From Rotaria socialis (lineage: Eukaryota): a stretch of DNA of 35,176 nt. Within the stretch, counting starts at the first letter, position 1, and the number at the start of each line of letters is the position of its first letter. Made by a program: the position numbers and the translations under genes. Location of the stretch: NCBI GenBank assembly GCA_905331295.1, contig CAJNYD010000179.1:1-35176 (forward strand), given 5' to 3'. Shown piece after piece: positions 11,150-23,866 of the stretch. The notes under the pieces are model-generated. The model saw only the letters and a program-made list of their open reading frames with translations. It searched no databases and was not told the DNA's origin.

Positions 11150-14095
11150 ATGAGCACGCAGACGTAGGTTGGTGATCTTTAGGTTGACCAAAAATAACAT
11201 TTGATTTTCTACACTTTGTATCCATGATACTGAACCACTTTAGTAATATACGATTGCAAAGCAACTAAGTTTATATTTTGATAGAGAGTAGAAAAAACAA
11301 TAATACATCTTCTGAATCCATAACAGTGTCAAATATATACTAATGAAAATGATATTTATTCTTTTAGTGTATTAAAGTCAAAGGAAACGATGTCAGAATG
11401 CACAACAACAACAACAAACGTAACTACTACAATTCGTTCTGTTACTGATGAAGTGCCATCATTAATTGCATCGAATGAAAATAAAAATTTTAATAGTGAA
11501 AAAAATTCAAATTCTTCGCAAAAAGAATTACGTGAACGACGTTCAAGTTCATCAAGTTTTGCATCAGATTCATCTTCAAGTGATTCTATAACAACATTTA
11601 CGATAAATCAGAATAAAGATGATGATGATGCAAGTAGCAATGATGATACAAATTTAGATTGGGCAAATCTTCAACAACGCCTCCATACATTAAGACGATT
11701 AAGTAAATTAATATAAAAGATTTTCTTATTAAGTTTTCATTAAAAAAAAGTATTAACTAATTTTTTCTTAGAAAAAAACCGGAATGTGTTATGATGTACT
11801 ATTTCCTATTAAATATATTATTGTTTGTTTAGTTCTATGGAAGAAAACAAGGAGAAAATAGCGTAAGATTATTTCGAACTATTTTTGAATAGTTTTCCTA
11901 TGCCCAAATAGTACTAGAGTACAATGATTCTTGTTAAAACTACCTATCAAAGAGTATGTCTAATTGTTAGATCATTTTTGATATAGATCGTACTCGATGG
12001 TACAGAATCTATTATGACAGAAAACAAGATCAATAGATTTGCGGTCATGCACTATTGTTCTTGACTATTTACTATTTTAGTGACTTTCTCTGCAAACTTG
12101 ATGTTCCTTTATAAAAAAAAAAAAAAACCTTTCATAATCTACAAAAGTAAAGTTTCAATCTATTATATTGTTTTTTTGTTGTAAATATCATTCTTAACAG
12201 TTTCTATCGGCTAATACTAATATTACTGTAGTCGAACTACAAGAAAATGTAAAACTTTCAAAATAATCTAGTCTTCAAGAGAACTTGACTTGAGCAATAA
12301 TAGTTGCATTTGTATGTGATGCGACAAACAACACGATATTGGGTTGAACGATTGACTAAATTAGCCATAACTTAATGTAAAAGTATGATGAGACCCACGA
12401 ATATTGCTCAGTGCTTTGTATTCTAAATAGAATCTATTCAATTAAGCAATACTTATACGAAAAGCAGTATATCATTTCATGGAATTCACTCAGCTTAGAT
12501 TTTTATTGAATATTGTACATAACATGCAGAAATTCTTTCATTAATTCAAAACAAAACAGTTTAGATCTAAACAATAATTTATCCTAGCTGTTTTTAGTTG
12601 ATGACAAACTCATAAAATATCAAAAAATCTATTATAAAGACAGACGTATTTCTAAGCAATGATATTAGATTTGATATAACGTGATGATCATATTATTTAA
12701 CAACTAGTAATTACATAAGTATTGTTTTGAAATCTGAAACATGCATAATTAATTTTTTCTATTTACTTAATATTAGAATTTTTGTTGTAGTCATTTAAAA
12801 ACTGAAAATAGAATTATCAAAATGACTAATAAGTTGAAATAAATCATTTTATTTACATTATGTTGTAGTGCCTAGTATTTCATTATCATCATCAGACGAT
12901 GGGTCTGGAGTAGTTTTACCAACTGCTGAATGTCAAGTATGTCTCGAAGAATCATCAATTCGTCCATTATCTTGTTGTTCATCAACTGTTTGCTCATCAT
13001 GTATTTATTCGCATTTATCGTCACATATCTCTGAAGCCCAAATTCGTATAGCATGTCCATCATGTCCACATATATTAACTCGTGAAGAGATTTTGTTATT
13101 ATTATTAGAAAAGGATACTAATGGAGAAATAGCCGAACGATATAAACGTTTTTATGCTGATATTAACCGTGAACCACATATAAAGACTTGTCCACAATGT
13201 TGTGCAATAAAACAAATTGATAAAAATTTATTTCAAGGTGTTCGATTGAGAAAAAATATTCCACGACGTGTTACGTGTGATGAATGTCAGTTTGAATGGT
13301 GCTTTTATTGTCATGCACCATGGCATAGTAAAATGACTTGTAAAGAATATCGTGAAGGAGAAAAATTACTTCGAGTATGGGCTGCCAAAACCGATAATAA
13401 TCAACAGAACGCTCAACGATGTCCAAGATGCAAAGTTCGAGAAATCAATCTTTTTTTCTCGTGATTTATCATAAATTAAATATTTATTCTAGGTTTTCAT
13501 ATCAAGAAATGGTGGCTGTCCACATATGATTTGTTCAAAATGTCATTGTGATTTCTGTTACAATTGTGGGAAAAAAAGAATGGGATTCAAATTTTTAGGG
13601 TCACACGAAAGTCGATATTCTCCCTTTGGTAATTGTTTTTATTTTTATTTTTATGCAACTATTTAAATCAAAATCGTTTCAGGATGTAAATATAACTTAT
13701 ATCCAGATAAGCCAATTTTACGTTATACAGTTCGTGGATTAATTGCTGGTGCTGCTACACTAGCTGCTCCTGTAGCAGCTGTGGGTGCTGTTGCATTGTT
13801 AGCTGTAGGAACGACGATTGGTGCACCAACTTATGGAACATATCGCTTAGTTAAACACATACGTAATCGAAGGCGAGCTCGCCATTTAAGAAGTCAATCA
13901 ACACCATCAACTTTGAGTGAAGATAATCCAAATGATACTGAAGATGATGATTTCATTCGAGCGGTTGAAGCAAGTTTATTAACATTCAAAGAAGAAATGG
14001 AAAAGCGAGAAGATTCACCGAGAAATCATATTGATGAAAGTGACAGCGATAGTTTGGATGTTTATTCAACTCATGATCAGCAATCAGCTGATTAG
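11150..14095 (+). CDS. RNF217: RBR (RING1-IBR-RING2) E3 ubiquitin ligase with C-terminal transmembrane segment, RNF217-like, about 487 aa; exons 11150-11163, 11368-11702, 12869-13434, 13493-13628, 13683-14095
   Basis: RING1 CQVC...SCCSSTVCSSC...CPSC; IBR CPQC...CDECQFEWCFYCHAPWH...C; RING2 CPRCK|VFISRNGGCPHMICSKCHCDFCYNC with the catalytic Cys; then FG|CKYNLYPDKPILRYTVRG and a hydrophobic helix, as in RNF217. All intron phases are compatible. The Ser/Thr/Asp-rich 5' exons are less certain than the RBR exons. Confidence 0.85.
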
Positions 14096-14440
14096 AAAAG
14101 AAAGAAATAGTTGTGTGTGTGTGTGTGTTTATTTCTTTAGTAAGTTTATTCGCGTTTTTGTTAATTGGTTCCTTCCTTTTAGTTTTAATATCCGCTCTTC
14201 TATTTTTATACAAAAACAAAAAAGAATATATATATATAATTTATTAACAATATTTGATAATTTTGAAAATTTTTCTTCGATAAATAAATCAATTCCAGAA
14301 CGAAATATTATTTTTTATTCTTATATCTTTGTCATTGAAATATACTATTCGATAGGATCAAGTAGTTTAATCATACGCTTGAGCTCACTAATTTTACCTG
14401 ATAGTTTTTCAAGAAGCAAATCTGATCAATTTATTCTCTA

Positions 14441-14460
14441 ATATATATATATATATATAT
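14441..14460. repeat. (AT)n microsatellite
   Basis: atatatatatatatatatat. Confidence 0.9.
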
Positions 14461-17400
14461 TTATAGTATTTTCTATAAATATGAATATCAATCTGTTTGT
14501 TAAATAAATTTTATCTTTTAAAGCATGTAATTTATGAGAATTATTTTGCATGAAGCAATAAATGCGATAATTCAATGCATTTGATTAGCCACGAAAAATA
14601 GATGCAACAGTGACAATAAATACAAATTAAAATAAAATCGATTACTATATTTGTTGAAAAATCATATCATAAATTTACAGGCTAGCTTTTATTTCTTGTG
14701 ACGCCAATAAAAGATAAATTTCGACACAAACAACAGAAATGTGCGTCACTTTCAAGTACCATGTGATTCTTCATATCCATGTTTTTGTTGTACAATCGGT
14801 TTGTTTTCGTCTTCGAATAATTTTTATGTAAATAAATTCACTTTTCATGTCATGCAAATAGAGTAAAAATTTGGCTCTTATCAGAAATACAAAAAAAGAT
14901 CTCTCATGATTACTGTTCGTTTTGAATTCTATAAAACAATTCTTTATTTATTTCGTACTCATTATAACTAAACTAATTTATAAACACGATATTACTATAA
15001 CTAGCAGAATATTTTATAATTTCCAGAAAATTAATTCAATGAAATTGTTTTTCACCGAGAGACTTTTCCGCGTAATTTAACAAAACAAATAGTGATCTAT
15101 TTCGAACTTACTTTTCAATGAGCTTTTAAAATTTTTTTTCTTTAGAACAATGAAATTTATACTCCCAAAACATAAGAATATATTTATGTTACAAAATGAA
15201 TTTTTCTTTATTTTGAATTTTTTCTTTCTATATACATAAATAAATATAACTTTTTAGAGTCACAATGCTTATCTGCGTAAAGCACATCATTGAGGAAAGG
15301 TTATTCCTTGAATGAATTTTCAAAAATAACCTTTACTTAGTCTTTGATATCATTATACGTAAATTTGAGAATTCTTTAACAATCATTTATTCGAGAAATG
15401 TTTTAAGTAGAGTTTGATTGATTGAGTCATTGAGGAGATTATAAAGTATTAATTAGACTCTTGAATCATTTTAAAATGAATACAACCATACTAATCAACG
15501 TTTTATGATTAGTTTCATCAAAGCTGCTTGTGATTCTACGTATGTTGCTGGTGTAAGTATATCATTGTAGATAAGGACGAAGAAAATTCACACACTCACA
15601 TCTATATCCAGACTATACAGTCTAATTGACTTGAATTTCTTCTCGAGACGTATATTAACATATTCTACTTGCAAGAATTTTCGATTATCAGTTGCTCCTT
15701 CGATGATTTCTTTGTACCGATAGAAATTCTTCGAGGCTGTATCTAGTAAAAAACATGCGCAAAACAGGCTTCCTCACTTAAAATTACAAAGAGAGAATTC
15801 AATAACTAATTTAGCATGAGTAGATTATAGTCAACATTTTAGAAAGTTATTGATTTAGTTGTTCATTCTATGATCTTGCAGCTCACTATTCTACGTATTT
15901 TAGTCCTATCATCATTTCTCTATATTAATAATTTTTTTCTAATTCTTTTTAAGAAAAATTCATCGTTATTTTTGTTCATTTATTGATTTTCTGTATGCCA
16001 TTGCATCAGTTCCTTTAGATGTTGAATTTGTACTCCTTTCTTTTATCGACAAAGTGAGAAAAATCCAACATTGCAAGTCATCAAATTTACTCAACCTGTT
16101 TTCATATAAAATCTGTGCTACATATAAGAAAACCATTGTTAAATCTTGCAAGTAATTAATGCATAAACTTGCCTGGAACAAAACTAAGCGTAAACATAGA
16201 TATTTATTATTATTTTTTCTTTTCTATGAATAATCAAGTCTTACAACACAATCACCTAAATGATTTTCACAGGGTAAGAATAGCTTGCCGCTGGCACATC
16301 GTATAAGCGCTTCCTCACTTTCAATTATCCGTTTGTTATGATAAGCGCAACACTAGATAACACTTGAGTGATATAGTTTATTTACGATAGCAGTGATTAT
16401 CGTTCGTGCGATCAAATAAATGACTTTATCAAATTATTATCACGTAAGTCAAAGCAGCATTCGACTATGTTAACTTCTGATTACTGTCGAATAAAAAAGT
16501 GTCTAAATTACACGGTGACATCTAGAGCATATACTTTGCATTTGAACGATCTGCCAGAAACACATTTATCATGAATGACTTATTGTGTTTGAAGCATATT
16601 ATTAATATTTCAACAGAATTAGATATTTATTTTTAAGTAACATTCGAAAATGATCCTATATATCGTTGTAAATAGTACACTAGCAAAAAAAGAATTTAGA
16701 GAAATATGTGAACAAACCTCAATTTGTTTTGAGTCAGGATTTTTCTTCTTCAGAAGATAGACAACAAGAAATTTGTTATCCGTGTCTTTCAACAAATAGT
16801 AGAGTATCAAGTTTTCTGAAAACGATCGCTGCTTGCTTAATTCCATTATCGGATGTAATTTAGTTCTATTTTTATCCAATCAAATCTTTTCGTTTTTCAT
16901 CATCTTTTTTGAATGAAATAAAAATAAAAATAGTAACTTGGGTGATTACCGGCAATAGATGGTGATCATTGACGCTAAACTTGCTACTGTGATCTAGTAG
17001 TTGAGTTAATGTTTTCTGCTCTCTCGTGATTCATTGTTGTTGATTTCTCTTGATCATTATCACCTTGATTATTATTATATATATTATTAGCATTATAATT
17101 ATGCTTATTATTATCATTAATAAAACTTATTTAACTATTATCTCCAATAGATCCTATTTTAATATCATGCCGATCAAATTCAAGTAGCTCGTTTGTAGGG
17201 AATTTTCTGTGTCTGACAATAGACATTAATGCAGTAAAAATCGATTATAATTCATTCTACGTAATATACGAAGGATAAAATCCTATTATGAATAAATAGA
17301 GTCTCACAATTTTGTATTGCAATAAGATCTAAAAGAAGCTCTAGGATGTTGATGTGTATGTAGTTGTAAGGTCTTTTGCAATCCATACATCTATCTACAC

Positions 17401-17651
17401 GCATACATATACGTAACTACTTGCAAGTAAGTGTCTACGGAAGAAACTATCCTAGACCTTTCTGTAGCCGATTTCAAGATACACTGTATAGGAACGAATA
17501 ATTCATCATCAAAATATTCAGATTAGATGAGATATACATAATAACTGTGAACCAGTAATAGTCCATTATTCCGTTTATAAGCAAATATAAATTTAATTCG
17601 AAGTGAAGTAATGAATAAAGAGCGATCTCTGAAGATTAGCGACAACCTCGT

Positions 17652-20600
17652 ATGGAGTAAGTGGCAGTCACCTTATTTTGTTTTTATTCATATGAATGCA
17701 TCCAAATTGTCAGAATCTAGTCTATTTTTTGTTTTCTAAACAGGTAGTAAAGTCATCTTATGTTGGATAGATTGTAGATTGTCAAGTAAACAACAATTTT
17801 ATGTTTTCTTTCTCTTTTGGTGAAATTACATTTTTTTCTGCTGTCAACACTGAAAAATCCACCATATTTCTCGAGAAAAGAAAAAGAACGGAAGAAAAAA
17901 AACTACTTATAAACAGCACAAAATATCTTTGTATGACAATGTATATAGCTTTAAAACAGAACACCTTTTTTAGTAAATAATTCTCGGCGATACTACAAAT
18001 ATATTTTCATTTGAAGTTTCTATTGTGTGCATTTACGTCTTGTCATAATCACATATATTTTTTTTAGATCGATCGATTTCACCGCTAAGGAAGACATGGG
18101 AGTTGATGGATCCAAACTTTCATTTCGACAAAAGCAAGAGCAAACAGAAGTACTCATGCAACAGAATGCAGAAATAGCAAAACGTCTGTCACAAGAATAT
18201 GCTGCACATAAAAAGAAGCCCGGCACCATGATCAATCAGATAGGCAAGAATATATTTGAACACATGAAATTCAAGAATAATGATTCAGCCAACCGAAATC
18301 AAATAAAACTAATAGAAGTTGAAGGTGTGACATATGAAATCATTGATTTCATTAGTCAAGGTGGATTTGGTGAAGTCTACAGAGCTCGAACTCGTAACAA
18401 AAATCGTGTTGTAGCCATTAAAATCATGAAAAACATGCCAGATATTCGAGAGGAAATTCAAAACGAAATTAATTTCCTACGTTTAATAAAAAAAGTACCA
18501 ATTGAAAATCATCCAATAATCAACTATTATGGCAGCCAATTCACAAAAGAGAACATTCATATTGCAATGGAACTAGCGTCTTGTGATTTGGTGGCTTTCT
18601 GGTCTGCCCATATGACACATTTAGATCCTGAGAATAGATTTCTTTTGGGCATAACTGTTATTGTATATGTTCTACGTGCACTAACCTTTCTCGAACAATT
18701 AAACATAATTCATGGTGATATCAAGCCACAAAACTTTGTTATCGTTTCACACAACGATAGTTTTTATGTCAAACTAATCGATTTTGGTACTGTTGAAAAG
18801 ATGGATACTTCACGTGCTCAAATAACTGTTGATGCAACCAAAGCTCATACTATATTTTTTGCGTCTCCAGAATTTCTACGACGTGATTCAAACCATGTCA
18901 TAGCACGACATCTTCACAAAAAGTCAGATGCATGGGCAGCCGGAGTCATGTTCTATATTTTATTCTTCGAACGACTACCGTGGACAGATCAGTTTGATTA
19001 TGAAAATTTTTGCAATGATCCCAGCGCCAAAGACATATTTGTACCACGGAAGGGTGGCTACAAATTGATCATTGAGCTTTTGTTGAAGAAAAATCCTGAC
19101 GAACGTGCAAGTGCTAAAGCAACGCTCAAACAAATGATAGCGCATCCGGCACTATGCGATATTATTAAATCACTAAATGACAGTCTGTGTCTTGTTGACG
19201 ACACTTGTCGTATGAAAGTACCGAATGATGTTCGAAAAGAGATTGGTAAGTAACTAAAAATAGTAATAAGATTTGTAATGTTCGTTGAAGTCTTCTATTT
19301 ATTGTGTTGGTAAAATCTAGACAATTTGAATACATCAAGATTGCGAAGACCAAAATGAAGCAGAATAATTAATTGTAGACTTGATAAAATATGAAGATCT
19401 CTAGATACAATCTTGACAAGGATTATGATTGATTACATTTTATGTTTTCAAATTTCACGAAGATATCTTTTTCTAAATATTTATTATTTAAATTTAGCAA
19501 CGTGACATCATTTTTCGACTTCATAAGTCTCAAAATAATTGCTAAATGTAAGACAAATTAACTTTTGTCTTGAGACAATCTTTTTTATGCTTGATGTTGT
19601 ATTCAATGATTATTTTCGATCGTAGTTAGATGCATTCGTATAATTGCACGGGCTTCGATTAATGAAAAGTGAACTAACTATTAGAAAAGAGTTATAAACA
19701 AGTGAAAGCCATTGAATACATAGGGTAACCGGCAAGATCCTCCCCAGGCAGATGCTCCCCAGATACTTGCTCCCCGAACACTTGCCCCTCAGCGATATTG
19801 GCTCTCGGAACAGAGATTCCACATTTTTGTATGAATCATACAAAAATGTGGATGTGTGGGTGTAGGTGAATGAAGAGGATAACCATTTGTCCATATTTGT
19901 ACTGACACTCACACATTCATGCCCTCAAATAAATAAATAAATATCTTAATCTCGTGCTGATTAACATTTTTGTTAAATACAATTAGAGAGCAAGTGTCTC
20001 TGGAGAGAAAATTCCCGGGGAGTATCTTTTCGGGATTCGATAAATAGATCATATGTACAGTTCTCTCAATAAAAAACAACTCTTTGAGATATTCAATTAC
20101 ATGAATTTCTTCATCCTCAAATTGGTAACTCAATTTCAGATTTGAGATTCATGAATCAACATAGTCTTGTCCATTTTTTCGATGTGTATTCCTTTATTGG
20201 CAGCATTTGTTATATGAAAACGAATCCCATTGTTTCTTTTAGCAGCACTAGTGAACAGATACGATGAAAGATTACATACTTCTTTGCGAAAATTGATGAA
20301 AATTTGAAATATGTAATATTCTCAAATTTACTTTTTCAAAATCGTGAGACATATTCGTCTTGAAAAAGTTGTCATTAAATATTGAACTATATTGAAAAAC
20401 AAATTTTCACATCGATTTCACCATTTACAATGACAGGTAAAAAGTCTCGACTTGAAAAACGAAGCGGAAGCTGTTGCAGAAAGATCTCTCTGATATATAT
20501 GTATATTTGAAAAATTCTAATAACTAATGATATTCAAACGATAATAGATACAAGCAAGAGACGTAAAAAACTTACTACAATCTTCTTTACATGTTTATTT

Positions 20601-23600
20601 TCATAGAACAAGTGACAGTAGCAAATATCAATGTTTTACATGAAACTTTCAAATACTCATTCTAAATGATCGATTGAATGAATCTAATTTAAGTCGAGAA
20701 AAAAATTAGTATCTCAAGAAGTTCTCTCATTTGTAGATAAAACAACAGTGCATAGTAGAAATGTTAGTTTATGTAACATGTATATGTTGAAAACTATTGA
20801 AGGCACTTACGTTTTTAATACGTAATACTATTGCTAGTTCGTTATGCATATGTTGTAATGAGTATAGAAAGTATTCGTCAACTGAAAATTTGAACTAAAA
20901 TGAATTTAATAGTTCTTTTTCAGTTTCTTTTTATAAGTTGTCAATGATTTGAAGAAAATTTACGCTGGAATATATTAAAAGGAAATCAGACACTAATGAA
21001 TACAATGTTTTAATGAATTCTAATAATTAAATCATCTACATTCAATAGAACTCTACATACTTTTACAAAAGTAATGACACTGATCAGCTCTTATTTTGTT
21101 CATAGTGTTTTTTATTATCGAAAGAAATGTCCCATGAATAATGTATTTTCTATTTCTATTTTTAGCTAAACTCTCTCGACCGGGTCATTTCGTTCACAGA
21201 TCAGATCCATCAGTAGCAAAAAAAAGATGTAAGCATTAGAATTATAGTAATTAAGTACTCTGCTATATAATATTACTCTCAGAAAGTTGCAAATGGATAA
21301 TATTTTCATGTAACTATAAACAGGGTCATTCGGCTGAATATAAACTAGTGACTTTTAGCTTGTTCAATCTTCTTAACAACAAATTTATTTTAGTTTTAAT
21401 TTTATTATTTACATAACTCAATTGGTATGCAAAGGATTGTTGATGCCATTTTTAAAATTTAACAAAATAGGTCTTATTTTCAAAGAAAAATTTGAACTGT
21501 AACTTTGCAATTTGTAAAACATATACAGCTAATTTTTTGAAAGATAGATAAGAAACTGTTGTTGGTATTGGAAGATAAATGAAATAAACACATATATTTC
21601 TTTCATAAGGAGAAATGGAAAATATCTTTGCAATATATTTGAATAGTGTGTCAATTTAATCGATAATTTTAATTGCATATTTTTGTTTACATATTTTAAT
21701 AGCGGGATCACGTCGTTCATGTAAATTTGGTGCTGATTGTAATAGGTATCGTATATAAACAAAAAGGGTTTTGTTAGTCATAATTCATTTTTGTGTTACA
21801 CTTCTTGAAGAGATGACACTAATCATCATGAAGAATTTGCACATATAGGTGATGCTGACTATCATGAGTCAAGAAGCGCTTCAAATAGTCAATTTGACAA
21901 GCCGGCATGTCGCTACGGATCAGATTGCTTTCGGTACGCGGATTGTTTTTTTAAAGTGTTTTATTTATTTGCACAAAAGGATTAATTTCGTACCACTGAA
22001 AGTTAAACACAACGAGTAATTGATTAGATACTTATTTCAAATTATTTGAGCTAGTTTTTATCAATTACAAGTTCATCTTTTGAGCTGTATCCGCAGATTA
22101 TGGCGTGAATAATATGAAGATCTAAGCAGATCTTATGAACATGAAAGAAATATTTCCTTGTTTTCTGTTTATAAGGAAAGATGCTGATCATTTAAATAAA
22201 TATGCACATCCAGCTAACTCAACTCCCCATACAATGAGTGCCAACAGTCATGGACAGTCCACAAAACCACATTGTCGCTACGGAGTAGCCTGTTACAAGT
22301 ATGTTGAATTTCTATTAAACTATTTGTGTTGCTCTAATTTTCACGAAACGTTTTCCGCCACAATCACTACGTTCGAAATCTAAAAGGCGATGCAAATAAT
22401 TTAGATTATGACAGAGAATCTTTCATCATTAATGTTTTTTGATCTCTTTTTTATGGACTATGCTCGTCACCGAAACAAAAGCATTTGCTAGGGGCTTCAA
22501 ATGTTGACGATCATCTCTTTTTGTTAAATTTTTCATAAACATCTAGTAATTGTATCCATCTAGTGTATGAAATATATTTTAACGAGAGATGATTCTAATT
22601 TTTTCATGCAATCTACAATTTTCATTGATAACCTTCTCGGATCAGATGCACTTGATGAGCAGATAACTGAGATAGTATAACAATTACTTTGCATTTATCT
22701 AACTCTAACAACAACTCACAATTTCTGCGAGGAGCCAGCATTTTTCTGCATGGTACATATGTTGTAAAATTAACAGAGAAAAAACGTACTAAAAATTAAC
22801 AATAGGATCTCTTGATAATGAAAAGCATCATTTTCATGAAAACTGGACCATAACTAGCTAGCTTGCTTCTTTATTTAAGCACGGAACCGGAACACCTTAA
22901 ACAATATGCACATCCAAATAATTCAAATCGCTTTGCTATAGGCGTTAACAACCACGTTCAATCCACAAAGCGTCAATGTCGTTTCGGAGAAAGTTGTTAT
23001 GAGTATGTTGAAATTCTATTTAACTATTATTTGTCTGTTTCCATTGAAAACGGAGTGTATGAAGATTATTTAAGAGTTGCTTTAGAAAGTTGAATTTTAG
23101 CTCATTGAATTGCTCAAATTTTAGTTTCAGGATTCGCTTGGTAATATATTTATTTTTTTTAAACGATAAATACACACAGCGTAGTTTATCAACAGTCGAA
23201 TATTCAAATCCCAAACGAATTATGTATGATGTAAAAGGCCAAATGAAAGAAAAACTGTGACAAAAATCTTGTATAAAATTGAGAAGTTTTCTAGGTTAAT
23301 GAAAGTGAATACAAAGGATAAATTGAAAATATCACGATTTTTCCTCGCTTTTGTTAGAAAAAAATTTGTAAACTTTGAAATATTTTTCATTAGTAACTCT
23401 TCAAAGACTTCTTGTGAAGAAACAAGACAAGAATTGAACGTAGCTGGCACAGAGAAGAAATTCAAAACACACTAAATCTATATGAAAATATATAGAAGTA
23501 TCTTGTTTCGATTCAATTAAAATAAACCATAGCATCATATAATCGATCTATGATCAAAGTCTGGCGACTATGCAATCTTCTTGTTTTAAACGTTGTAGCA

Positions 23601-23866
23601 CACAAAAACATTTTTACTAAGGACTTTTTTTCATAAAGCATTATTTATATCATTCTTGGTTTATTAAAGTCAAGCAGTGGATCATCGTTTACGATTTGCT
23701 CATCCAACCGGTTCGACAGATCCTCATTGCAAAAAGGTAGCATGCCAATTCGGCTCCCGATGCAATAAGTAATTCTTTTATTTCTGCTCAATCATTATGT
23801 TCATTTTCATTGGAATGAATATCTAGGACGGGCGATCCAGCACATATGACCAAATTCCAACACTAG
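17652..23866 (+). CDS. Ser/Thr protein kinase with five C-terminal PBZ (zf-CCHH) zinc fingers, 598 aa; exons 17652-17656, 18068-19245, 21166-21228, 21703-21745, 21811-21933, 22176-22298, 22880-23002, 23670-23768, 23827-23866
   Basis: Kinase motifs SQGGFGEVY, VAIK, NEINFL, HGDIKPQN, DFG, ASPE, DAWAAG. All eight introns are GT-AG with matching phases, giving a 1797-nt frame that ends in TAG at 23864-23866, with AATAAA at 23941. The spliced tail has five C-x5-C-x6/7-H-x5-H motifs. Confidence 0.85.
19724..20038. mobile_element. Decayed MITE (MULE-like) inside intron 2 of the kinase gene
   Basis: Left arm GGTAACCGGCAAGATCCTCCCCAGGCAGATGCTCCCCAGATACTTGCTC resembles the reverse complement of 19988-20038 (GAATCCCGAAAAGATACTCCCCGGGAATTTTCTCTCCAGAGACACTTGCTC). 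Flanks AATACATAG (19715-19723) and GATAAATAG (20039-20047) match at 7 of 9 positions. Confidence 0.5.

Noticed and set aside
14031..14441. 136-aa ORF, and antisense ORFs 13986-14219 and 12872-13069
   Set aside because: They overlap the RBR gene or its 3' UTR and run through low-complexity or (GT)n sequence, with no recognisable motifs.
18027..19253. 408-aa stand-alone kinase as given in the ORF track
   Set aside because: It starts at a GTG inside intron sequence and ends just past a consensus GTAAGT donor; the spliced model explains both ends.
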